Part shown: in pieces, positions 7,890-14,956 of the stretch | How positions within the stretch are numbered: position 1 is the stretch's first letter | Layout: each line of letters opens with the position of its first letter | Assembly: GCA_963551505.1 (NCBI GenBank) | Contig: CAUVGV010000001.1 | Coordinates: forward strand, 10,704-42,703 | Direction of reading: 5' to 3' | From: an uncultured Kingella sp. | Lineage (GTDB): Bacteria > Pseudomonadota > Gammaproteobacteria > Burkholderiales > Neisseriaceae | DNA: 32,000 nucleotides | Position numbers and translations under genes: made by a program | The notes under the pieces: generated by a model | Told to the model about the DNA's origin: nothing | The model's input: the letters and a program-made list of their open reading frames with translations, nothing else | Database searches by the model: none

Positions 7890-8032
7890 CGCTCCGCAAT
7901 CCGCCGTTAAAGCAAAAATAGCGATTAGACCAAAATAGACCACCCCAGCAGCGCGATGTGCCACTCAAACGAGTGTTTGCCTATCCCGCGCCTTAAACGC
8001 GTTTAAAACGCAACAGAGCGCGATTTCTGCCC

Positions 8033-8058
8033 GCAGCCGTTTTCAGGCTGCTTTTTTT
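8033..8058 (+). terminator. Intrinsic terminator immediately upstream of late promoter box 1
   Basis: GCAGCC-gttttca-GGCTGC stem followed by seven T. Confidence 0.65.
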
Positions 8059-8099
8059 AATGCGCGTTAAAAGTTTTTCAGGCTGCCTATCCGCATAAT
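8054..8099 (+). promoter_or_regulatory. Late promoter 1 (head operon): activator box plus -10
   Basis: TTTTTAATGCGCGTTAAAAG at 8054-8073. CATAAT at 8094-8099 starts 23 nt after the second TTAA. No -35; a DUS (8077-8088) sits in the spacer. The first gene starts at 8130. Confidence 0.6.
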
Positions 8100-8129
8100 C
8101 CACCGCAACCAAACCCACGAGACACCGCC

Positions 8130-9233
8130 ATGCGCCATGAAATCTTTCGCGCTGGCACTCGCACGGACAACAACGGGCGCACGATTACCATTACCCCCGA
8201 ACAGGTTGCCGCGATTGCCAGCCACTATTCCCCAAACAAGCACGAAGCCCCGATTGTGGTCGGACACCCGAGCTTGAACGCGCCCGCCTATGGTTGGGTA
8301 GGCAGCCTGAAAGCCGAGAACGGCACGCTGTATGCCGACTTCGCCCAAGTGGACGACGACTTTGCCGAATTAGTACGCAAAGGGCGATACAAAAAAGTTT
8401 CCGCCAGCTTCTACCCGCCGAACCACCCCAGTAACCCGCAGCCTGAAAATTGGTATCTGCGCCACGTTGGCTTTTTGGGCGCACACCCGCCCGCCGTGAA
8501 AGGGCTGGCGGCGATTGATTTTGCCGATGATGAAGACGGCGTAGTTTCTTTTGGCGAGAGCGATTGGGTATTGGCGCGTGTGTTACGTAATCTGCGTGAG
8601 TGGCTGATTGGCAAAGACGGCTTAGAAACCGCCGACCGCGTGCTGCCCGACTGGCAAATTGAAGCTGTTGTGCCACCGCCCGCGCCTGAACCCGAAGCCA
8701 TGCCGAATAATTTTTCTGAACCCCGTGATAAGGACGACCCCATGACCCCTGAACAACAGTTAGAAGCCGAGCGCAAAGCGCGTGAGCAAGCCGAAGCCGA
8801 AGCCAAGCAAGCCCGCGAAGAATTGGCGAAGTTGCAAGCCGAGCAGGAAAAATCTCTGCGCGATGCGGCACATAAGCAAAACGCCGATTTTGCCGAAGGC
8901 TTGATTAAAGCAGGCAGCCTGAAACCTGCTGACAAAGAGTTAATCGTTGCCGTGCTGGATTTTGCTGATTACCCCGAAGCTGCACCTGCCGATTTTGGCG
9001 AAGGCAAAAAGCTGTCGGACGCGCTCAAAGACTTTTTGCGCGGCGGCGTGCCGATTGTGGCAGCGGGCGAAATTGCTACCGCCGAACGCGCAGGCAGCCT
9101 GAAAACAATCGGCAGCAGCGACTTTGGCGAATACGCCAACCCTGCCGCGCAATCGCACCACGAACGCGCCCTTGCCTTGGCGAAACGCGAAAACATCTCT
9201 TACGAAGAAGCGGCACGCCGCACCGTCCAATAA
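8130..9233 (+). CDS. Head maturation protease / scaffold fusion (Mu gpI/Z-like)
   Basis: The N-terminal half (FRAGTRTDNNGRTITITPEQV...VVGHP...YGWVGSLK) resembles Mu-like prophage protease I proteins. The C-terminal half is charged coiled coil (EQQLEAERKAREQAEAEAKQAREELAKLQAEQEK), typical of scaffolds. It lies directly before the capsid gene. Confidence 0.75.
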   Translation: MRHEIFRAGTRTDNNGRTITITPEQVAAIASHYSPNKHEAPIVVGHPSLNAPAYGWVGSLKAENGTLYADFAQVDDDFAELVRKGRYKKVSASFYPPNHPSNPQPENWYLRHVGFLGAHPPAVKGLAAIDFADDEDGVVSFGESDWVLARVLRNLREWLIGKDGLETADRVLPDWQIEAVVPPPAPEPEAMPNNFSEPRDKDDPMTPEQQLEAERKAREQAEAEAKQAREELAKLQAEQEKSLRDAAHKQNADFAEGLIKAGSLKPADKELIVAVLDFADYPEAAPADFGEGKKLSDALKDFLRGGVPIVAAGEIATAERAGSLKTIGSSDFGEYANPAAQSHHERALALAKRENISYEEAARRTVQ

Positions 9234-9254
9234 CCCCTGCATAAAGGAAACCTG

Positions 9255-10187
9255 ATGAGCACTTCCCATTTACGCAATCTGCGCGGGCAGATTGACCCCG
9301 TTTTAACCAACCTTGCGCTGGGCTACAAGCAAGCCGAGTTTATCGGCGAAAAGCTGTTCCCTGTGGTGTTTACCGATAAAGAAGGCGTGAAAGTGCCTAA
9401 GTTTGGCAAAGGCTCGTTTGTGGAATACGAAACCGCGCGCGCAGTGGGCGCAGCCAGTAATGTGATTACGCTGGAGAGTCCCAGCTATCTGCCGATTGTG
9501 CTGGAAGAGCACGATTTGATGGCGGGTGTGGACTACCGCGAACAAGCCGAAAGCCTGTTTGACGAGCAAGCCAAAGCCACGCGCCGCGCGGTATTGGGCG
9601 TGCAGCTGCGGCAGGAATTGGAAACCGCCGCGCTGCTGCAAGCCAAGCAGTCTTACGAGAGCGGGCATTACAAAGACCTGTCCGCCGCCACCCAATGGAG
9701 CGATGCCAACGCCAACCCTGTGAAAGACGTGGCAGACGCGAAAGAAACCGTCCGCGCCGCTTGTGGCGTAAAGCCGAATGTGCTGGTGCTGGGCGCAAGC
9801 GTGGCGCACGCGCTGTCGTACCACCCTGCGCTGCAAGCGATGCTGGGCAGCGGTGAGCGCAAACTGATTACGCTGGATTTGCTGAAAATCTTGTTTGAAG
9901 TGGATGAAGTCGTTATCGGCAACGCCGTTTCTGCGCCCGCGCCGAACAAGCAAACCCACGACGTGTGGGGCAAATTTGCCGCGCTGATTGTGCGCCCGAC
10001 CGTGCACAGCTCGGGCAACGACGAAGGCGAGCCTGCCTTTGGCTACACCTTCCGCCGCAAGGGGATGCCCGTGGTTGACCGCTTTGAGCAAAACGGCGGC
10101 AAAACGGAATACGCCCGCTATACCGACATCCGCAAGGTGGCTGCCGTGGGCGGCGCGTGCGGGTTCTTGTTTGATAAGGCTGTTTAA
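9255..10187 (+). CDS. Major capsid protein (gpT / capsid protein E-like)
   Basis: 310 aa, AGGAAA upstream, follows the protease/scaffold gene. The N-terminus LRGQIDPVLTNLALGYKQAEFIGEKLFP is characteristic of this capsid family as I recall it. Confidence 0.8.
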   Translation: MSTSHLRNLRGQIDPVLTNLALGYKQAEFIGEKLFPVVFTDKEGVKVPKFGKGSFVEYETARAVGAASNVITLESPSYLPIVLEEHDLMAGVDYREQAESLFDEQAKATRRAVLGVQLRQELETAALLQAKQSYESGHYKDLSAATQWSDANANPVKDVADAKETVRAACGVKPNVLVLGASVAHALSYHPALQAMLGSGERKLITLDLLKILFEVDEVVIGNAVSAPAPNKQTHDVWGKFAALIVRPTVHSSGNDEGEPAFGYTFRRKGMPVVDRFEQNGGKTEYARYTDIRKVAAVGGACGFLFDKAV

Positions 10188-10193
10188 TTGATT

Positions 10194-10226
10194 TTCAGGC
10201 TGCCTGAAACAATGAGGCAGCCTGAA
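10194..10226. repeat. Inverted DUS pair (hairpin) after the capsid gene
   Basis: TTCAGGCTGCCT (10194-10205) and AGGCAGCCTGAA (10215-10226) give a 12-bp stem with a 9-nt loop. No strong T-run follows, so this may be an attenuator or RNA-stability element rather than a full terminator. Confidence 0.6.
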
Positions 10227-10237
10227 AAGGAGTAAAT

Positions 10238-10507
10238 ATGAAAAAGCTAGAAGGCTATCAATTAGCCGCTTTGATTGAACGCGCGGAGTATCAACGCTTT
10301 GGCGCAACCACCACCGTGTGCGCGTTGATTTTGAATAATGGCTTTGTGGTAATTGGTGTTTCAGGCTGCCTGAACACCGCCGATTTTGATGAAGCCATTG
10401 GGCGTGATACCGCCTACAAAGACGCGTTTGCCAAATTATGGGAGCTGCAAGGCTTCCACCTGAAAACCCTATTTGCAGAAAGTGAGGCTTCCGATGACTC
10501 CAACTAA
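10238..10507 (+). CDS. N4 Gp49 / Sf6 gp66-family phage protein
   Basis: The segment TTTVCALILNNGFVVIGVSGCLNTADFDEAIGRDTAYKDAFAKLWELQGF matches the conserved pattern of that family from memory. Confidence 0.7.
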   Translation: MKKLEGYQLAALIERAEYQRFGATTTVCALILNNGFVVIGVSGCLNTADFDEAIGRDTAYKDAFAKLWELQGFHLKTLFAESEASDDSN

Positions 10508-10826
10508 AAAAATCGTGCTGGTAACCACCGCGCAAGCCGCTGCGCCAATTGTGGCGAACCGCTTTATCGGCTTTGATGGCAAACAAGCCAAAGCCGCCGC
10601 GCCTGTGCTGGGCGTATCGCCGCGCGATGCCGAAGCGGGCGACACAATGGCGGTGGAGTGCATCGGCATTGCGCTGGTGGAAGCAGGCGGCGCGGTTGCC
10701 GCAGGCGCGAAAGTCGCGTCCGATGCCAACGGCTGCGCGGTGGCGGGCGAGACCCAAGCCGCAGGCTATGCCGTAACCGCTGCCGCCGCGGCGGGCGATG
10801 TGATTGCTGTGTTGTTGAAAGGTTAA
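10494..10826 (+). CDS. DUF2190-family head decoration-like protein
   Basis: Gly/Ala-rich beta-type sequence (VLGVSPRDAEAGDTMAVECIGIALVEAGGAVAAGAKV). Internal ATG at 10494. Located after the capsid gene. Confidence 0.7.
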   Translation: MTPTKKIVLVTTAQAAAPIVANRFIGFDGKQAKAAAPVLGVSPRDAEAGDTMAVECIGIALVEAGGAVAAGAKVASDANGCAVAGETQAAGYAVTAAAAAGDVIAVLLKG

Positions 10827-10829
10827 GCC

Positions 10830-11141
10830 ATGACGAAATTTTATCTTGCCAACACCCCGCTGATTTTGACTGCCGATGACGGCACGGATTACCGCGTGGA
10901 GCGCGGCGAAGTGGCGGAATTGACAGACGAGCAATACGCGCAAGTCGCAGCGCACGTTACGCCTGCTGGCACGCCTGAAACAACAGGGCAGCCTGAAACG
11001 GAAATCACGCCAACAGGGCAGCCTGAAACCGCACAAACGGCAAGCGAACCCGCAGACAGCGAGCCGCCTGCCGCGCAGCCTGAAACCGCCACCGAGCCGA
11101 CCGAGAAACCCAAACGCGGTAAGGGCGACAAAGCGGAGTAA
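10830..11141 (+). CDS. Hypothetical head-associated protein with a DUS-encoded QPET-repeat tail
   Basis: 103 aa. The C-terminal half GQPETEITPTGQPETAQT...AAQPETATEP is encoded by three DUS cores (10986, 11016, 11073). Confidence 0.6.
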   Translation: MTKFYLANTPLILTADDGTDYRVERGEVAELTDEQYAQVAAHVTPAGTPETTGQPETEITPTGQPETAQTASEPADSEPPAAQPETATEPTEKPKRGKGDKAE

Positions 11142-11147
11142 CGCGCC

Positions 11148-11573
11148 ATGTACATCAACGCCGATGACCTAGCCCGCGCCATGAGCAAAACCGAGCTGGT
11201 GCAGCTGACCAATGACGACCCGCGCGCCACCGAGCCGAACGATGATGTGGTGCAAACCGCCATTGCCTACGCCTGCGATTTGGCAGACGGCTATTTGAGC
11301 GGGCGTTATCCGCTGCCGTTGGCAACAACGCCGACCATTCTGCCACCCTTGTGCATCAACATCGCGCGGCACTTTTTGCACGCGCGGCGGATTAACCGCG
11401 CTGATTTCCCCAAAACGCTGGAAACCGCGTATCAAGCCACGCTCAAAACGCTGGAACAAATCCGCGACGGCAAAATCCACATCGGCATAGATACCGACAA
11501 CAAACCCCGCCAGCCCGAGCGCGGCGCGTATCACGTCCGCGCGGCGGCAAAGCACGATTGGAGCGGCTACTGA
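11148..11573 (+). CDS. Mu gp36-like (DUF1320) head-tail connector protein
   Basis: The segment AIAYACDLADGYLSGRYPLPL...LCINIARHFL is the hallmark DUF1320 pattern. Confidence 0.75.
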   Translation: MYINADDLARAMSKTELVQLTNDDPRATEPNDDVVQTAIAYACDLADGYLSGRYPLPLATTPTILPPLCINIARHFLHARRINRADFPKTLETAYQATLKTLEQIRDGKIHIGIDTDNKPRQPERGAYHVRAAAKHDWSGY

Positions 11574-12073
11574 TGTCTGCCACCCAGCCGATTATTGACG
11601 CGCTGCGCGACCATGTGCAGCAGGCGATTCCGTGGGTGCAGGTGGACGAGTTCCCCGAACGCCCCGCCGATTACCAGTTTATCCACCCCACAGGCGCGGT
11701 GCTGGTGGCGTATCAAAGCAGCCAGTTCACGCGGATTGAAGGCTTGGGGCATATCGCCCAGCAGCGCGACATCACGCTGCAATTAACCGTGATTGGCGCG
11801 AGCCTGCACGGTGAGAGCGGCGCGTTGGCGATTTTGGATGCGGTGCGCCTTGCCGTTGTCGGCTTTGCCCCGCCCAACTGCCTGCCCTGCCATTTAATCC
11901 GCGAGCAGTTTTTAAGCGAGACCGCAGGCGCATGGCAATACGCGCTCACGGTGCAGACCGAAACCCAGCAGGTAGAGCTGCGGCAGCCTGAAAACCTGAC
12001 CACCCTTGTGCGCACACTGCACCGCCAGCGCGGCGCGCCGCTTGACCCCCAGTTAAAACCCAAACAGCCATAG
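11573..12073 (+). CDS. Gp37-like head-tail joining / tail completion protein
   Basis: TGATG overlap with the upstream gene. Its size and its position between the gp36-like gene and the sheath gene fit this role. The family call is weak. Confidence 0.55.
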   Translation: MSATQPIIDALRDHVQQAIPWVQVDEFPERPADYQFIHPTGAVLVAYQSSQFTRIEGLGHIAQQRDITLQLTVIGASLHGESGALAILDAVRLAVVGFAPPNCLPCHLIREQFLSETAGAWQYALTVQTETQQVELRQPENLTTLVRTLHRQRGAPLDPQLKPKQP

Positions 12074-12083
12074 GAGACACCAC

Positions 12084-13481
12084 ATGGCAGCAGCATTCCA
12101 CCACGGTTCAGAAACCATCCGCATTGACGGCGGCTCGTCCCCCGTTTACACCGTTGACGGCGCGATTACCGCCATCATCGGCACCGCACCCGCAGGCGCG
12201 GTCAATGAATTAACCCTATGCCAAACCGCCAAAGACTTTGCCAAGTTTGGCACAGCAACAGGCAAAGGCTTCACTATCCCCGATGCCGCGAACATTTGGA
12301 CGCGCTACCAATCGGGCGTTGCCTATGTGGTCAATGTGTGCGACCCCGCGCGGCACAAATCCAGCGTAACAGGCGAAGCCTTAACCATAGACCCCGACAC
12401 GCTCATCGCCCGCACCGTGCACGGCGCCATCCAAGCGGGCAGCTACACGCTCAACGGCAACGGCGGCGCGTTGGTGGAAGGGCGCGATTATGTGGTAAAC
12501 GATTTGATTACTGGCGAAATTCAATTCAAAACCCTGCCCACCACACCCACCGCCGATTACAGCTACACCGACCCCGCCAAAGTAACCGAAGCCGACATTA
12601 TCGGCGGCTATGTGGCAGCCACGGGCAAACGCACGGGCATGGAGCTGGTGAAAGAAGGCTTTAACCGCTTTGGCGCGGATGCCAAAATCATCATCGCCCC
12701 CGAATTTGACCGCACCGCCACCTGCGCCGCCGCACTGATTACGCTGGCGGACAACCTAAACGCCATCGCCTACCTAGACGCGCCACGCGGTACAACATTA
12801 AGCCAAGCGATTACAGGGCGCGGCAACTTGGGCAGCATCAACTTCAACACATCCAGCGACCGCGTTCAGCTCTTTTTTCCACACGTTGTCGGGCTGCTCG
12901 GCGTAGAAAGTCTCGCCACCCATGCCGCAGGCTTGCGCATGAAAACCGATGTGGAGCACGGCTACTGGTTCAGCATTTCCAACCGCGAGCTATCGGGCGT
13001 AACAGGCTTGGAAATCGGCTTAACCGCCCGCGTGGACGACCCGCAATCGGAAACCAACCGCCTAAACGAAAAAGGCATCACCACCGTGTTCAACAGCTAC
13101 GGCACAGGCTACCGCCTATGGGGCAACCGCTTGGCGTGCTTCCCCAGCGTGTCGCACATCAAAAACTTTGAAACCGCGCAGCGCACGGGCGATGTGATAG
13201 ACGAAAGCCTGCGCCGCTTTGACCTGCAATACATGGATTTGCCGATAGACGAAGCCCTGCTGGATACGCTGTTGGCGGGCTACCGCACCTATTTTGGCAC
13301 GCTGCAATCCATTGTTGGCTTTACCGTGAACTTGGATTACGACTACGACTTGGTGGACGTGTTCAGCAAAGGGCAAGTGCCGATTGTGTACGAATACACG
13401 CCCAAGCTGCCGATGGAGCGCGCCACCAATACCAGCGTGATGACACGCAAATATTTGGCGAACTTGGTATCCAGCAGCTAA
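12084..13481 (+). CDS. Contractile tail sheath protein
   Basis: 465 aa, with an N-terminus FHHGSETIRIDGG typical of P2 FI / Mu L-type sheaths. Followed by the tube gene. Confidence 0.9.
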   Translation: MAAAFHHGSETIRIDGGSSPVYTVDGAITAIIGTAPAGAVNELTLCQTAKDFAKFGTATGKGFTIPDAANIWTRYQSGVAYVVNVCDPARHKSSVTGEALTIDPDTLIARTVHGAIQAGSYTLNGNGGALVEGRDYVVNDLITGEIQFKTLPTTPTADYSYTDPAKVTEADIIGGYVAATGKRTGMELVKEGFNRFGADAKIIIAPEFDRTATCAAALITLADNLNAIAYLDAPRGTTLSQAITGRGNLGSINFNTSSDRVQLFFPHVVGLLGVESLATHAAGLRMKTDVEHGYWFSISNRELSGVTGLEIGLTARVDDPQSETNRLNEKGITTVFNSYGTGYRLWGNRLACFPSVSHIKNFETAQRTGDVIDESLRRFDLQYMDLPIDEALLDTLLAGYRTYFGTLQSIVGFTVNLDYDYDLVDVFSKGQVPIVYEYTPKLPMERATNTSVMTRKYLANLVSSS

Positions 13482-13510
13482 TCGTTTAAATCAACACAAG
13501 GACAATCAAC

Positions 13511-14026
13511 ATGAGCGAAATCAACGCCATTTACAACGCCAACGTCTATCTCAACGGCACCAACCTAATGGGGCAAGCCGCCGAGTTTAAAATGCCCGAG
13601 ATAGAAATCTCCCAAGACGAGCACAAAGGCTTGGGTATGGTGGGCACCATCAAACTGCCCAGCGGCGTGGAAGCCTTGGAAGGCGAGATTACTTGGAACA
13701 GCATTTATCCCGCCGTTGCCGAAAAAGCCTACCATCCGTTTAAAGCCGCCCAGCTGATGGTGCGCGGCAATCTGCAAACCTTTAATGCGGCAGGCTTAAA
13801 AACCGAAGCGCCCGTGGTGGTAACCGCCACCGTGATGTTTAGCAAAAACGCGGTCGGCACGTTTAAGCCCAAGGAAAAATCGGAGCATCCGACCACCTTT
13901 CAGGCGCACGAAATCCGCATGGTCATCGGCGGGCGCGAAACGCTGTACTACAACGCCTTTACCAATGTGTACCGCGTGGGCGGTGTGGACGCATTGAGCC
14001 AGTTCCGCAAAAACATCGGCGCGTGA
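13511..14026 (+). CDS. Tail tube protein (P2 FII-like)
   Basis: 171 aa, NANVYLNGTNLMGQAAEFKMPEIE...LPSGVEALEGEITWNS, the typical Phage_tube pattern. Confidence 0.9.
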   Translation: MSEINAIYNANVYLNGTNLMGQAAEFKMPEIEISQDEHKGLGMVGTIKLPSGVEALEGEITWNSIYPAVAEKAYHPFKAAQLMVRGNLQTFNAAGLKTEAPVVVTATVMFSKNAVGTFKPKEKSEHPTTFQAHEIRMVIGGRETLYYNAFTNVYRVGGVDALSQFRKNIGA

Positions 14027-14060
14027 TAAGGCAGCCTGAAAAAGGCAGCCTGAAACAGCA

Positions 14061-14097
14061 AAACCAATCTTTCCAACAAGGAGAGATTGGTTTTTTT
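14061..14097 (+). terminator. Intrinsic terminator after the tube gene
   Basis: AAACCAATCT-ttccaacaaggag-AGATTGGTTT stem followed by a T-run. Preceded by two tandem DUS copies (14029, 14043). Confidence 0.7.
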
Positions 14098-14138
14098 AAT
14101 GCGCGTTAAAAGCGTTTCAGGCAGCCTGAAAGCATAAT
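14093..14138 (+). promoter_or_regulatory. Late promoter 2 (tail chaperone / tape measure operon)
   Basis: The same 20-mer TTTTTAATGCGCGTTAAAAG at 14093-14112. CATAAT at 14133-14138 lies again 23 nt after the second TTAA. A DUS (14119-14130) sits in the spacer. Confidence 0.6.
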
Positions 14139-14177
14139 CTGCCTTGTTTTTAACCCCTTTGAGATAAGGAAACCATT

Positions 14178-14474
14178 ATGGCAACCACAACCGCCAAACA
14201 ACTGACCCAAAGCCTAAACGGCGAAACCACTATTGAACTTGCCTACCCCGTGCGCTTGGCAACGGGCGCGGTGTTAGACAAAGTAACCGTGCGCCGCCCG
14301 CGCGTGGGCGATTTGCGTGCCGTAGCGCATTTAAACAGCGATGCCGAGCAAGAACTCGCTATGTTTAGCCGCTTATCAGGACTAGTTCCCGAAGATTTAG
14401 ATGAATTGGATATGACCGACTACAAGGCGATTCAAGACTGGTTTCGCACCACACAGCAAGGCGAAGCAGCATAA
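14178..14474 (+). CDS. Tail assembly chaperone (P2 gpE-like / Mu gp41-like)
   Basis: 98 aa, AAGGAAA upstream. Located between the tube and tape measure genes. Its 3' end overlaps an open alternative frame. Confidence 0.75.
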   Translation: MATTTAKQLTQSLNGETTIELAYPVRLATGAVLDKVTVRRPRVGDLRAVAHLNSDAEQELAMFSRLSGLVPEDLDELDMTDYKAIQDWFRTTQQGEAA

Positions 14475-14639
14475 AAGCAGCGCAGAAGTCAATCAGGAAT
14501 TGTTGCGTGCCTGCGCCGATATGGCATGGTGGTTTGGGTGGAGTGTTCAAGAGATTTATGAATTACCCATAGACGAATTTGCCGACTGGCTAGATGAAGC
14601 CAATCGGCAAATAAAAGCGAACTACCGTAGGGGCGATTA
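14416..14639 (+). CDS. GpE'-like extension frame of the tail chaperone. It is either a frameshift product with 14178-14474 or is separately initiated at ATG 14521.
   Basis: The frame is open from 14416. It encodes ...MAWWFGWSVQEIYELPIDEFADWLDEANRQIK, resembling the P2 GpE-family C-terminal peptide. It lies in the +1 (equivalently -2) frame relative to the upstream gene. Confidence 0.55.
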
Positions 14640-14894
14640 AGCGTGTTTGCGCCACAGCCAAGCGATTGCCAAGGCTACGGCAAAACTGGCAGGTGCAAGC
14701 ACCACCGATGCGCCACAGCCTATCAGCGTACCAAAGAAAATAATGGAAAACGCAGATAACCATGCGCTGCCCACGCTACTGAAATCTGCTAAACCCCATG
14801 CAACATAGCCAAAGACCAATGCAAGCGACACAGCAAACAGCGCATAGGCGATGCGGGTAGCTTGTTCTAATAGGGAATGTGGCTGTGCTTGCAT
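14637..14894 (-). CDS. Small integral membrane protein (about 3 TM segments); antisense moron inside the tail operon
   Basis: 85 aa containing IAYALFAVSLALVFGYVAW, LSAFSIIFFGTLIGCGASVVL and FAVALAIAWLW. AGGATAAAACC precedes the ATG on the minus strand. An AT-rich upstream region lies at 14895-14956. The stop triplet is shared with the convergent E' frame. Confidence 0.6.
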   Translation of the reverse strand: MQAQPHSLLEQATRIAYALFAVSLALVFGYVAWGLADFSSVGSAWLSAFSIIFFGTLIGCGASVVLAPASFAVALAIAWLWRKHA

Positions 14895-14956
14895 GGTTTT
14901 ATCCTTTCAGGCTGCCTAAAAATTAAGTTAAACAACTATAAAACAAGAGTATTTTT

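Noticed and set aside
7512-7910. A 132-aa ORF overlapping mor in another frame, and small minus-strand ORFs at 7765-7968.
   Set aside because: They overlap a well-supported Mor-family gene and a terminator. Their translations are Ser/Pro/Arg-rich with no features.
7993-8006. The palindrome TTAAACGCGTTTAA might be a functional fourth late promoter.
   Set aside because: No -10-like hexamer occurs at the conserved 23-nt spacing on either strand, and a terminator follows within 30 nt. It is reported only as a possible remnant or extra binding site.
9303-11036. A 577-aa minus-strand ORF, and similar long antisense ORFs (e.g. 634-1188, 1410-2027, 16895-17680, 19302-20078, 30583-31311).
   Set aside because: They lie antisense to recognisable plus-strand genes (capsid, transposase, tape measure, gpD, TraI). 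They have Arg/Gly/Ala/His-rich low-complexity translations typical of spurious open frames in GC-rich DNA.
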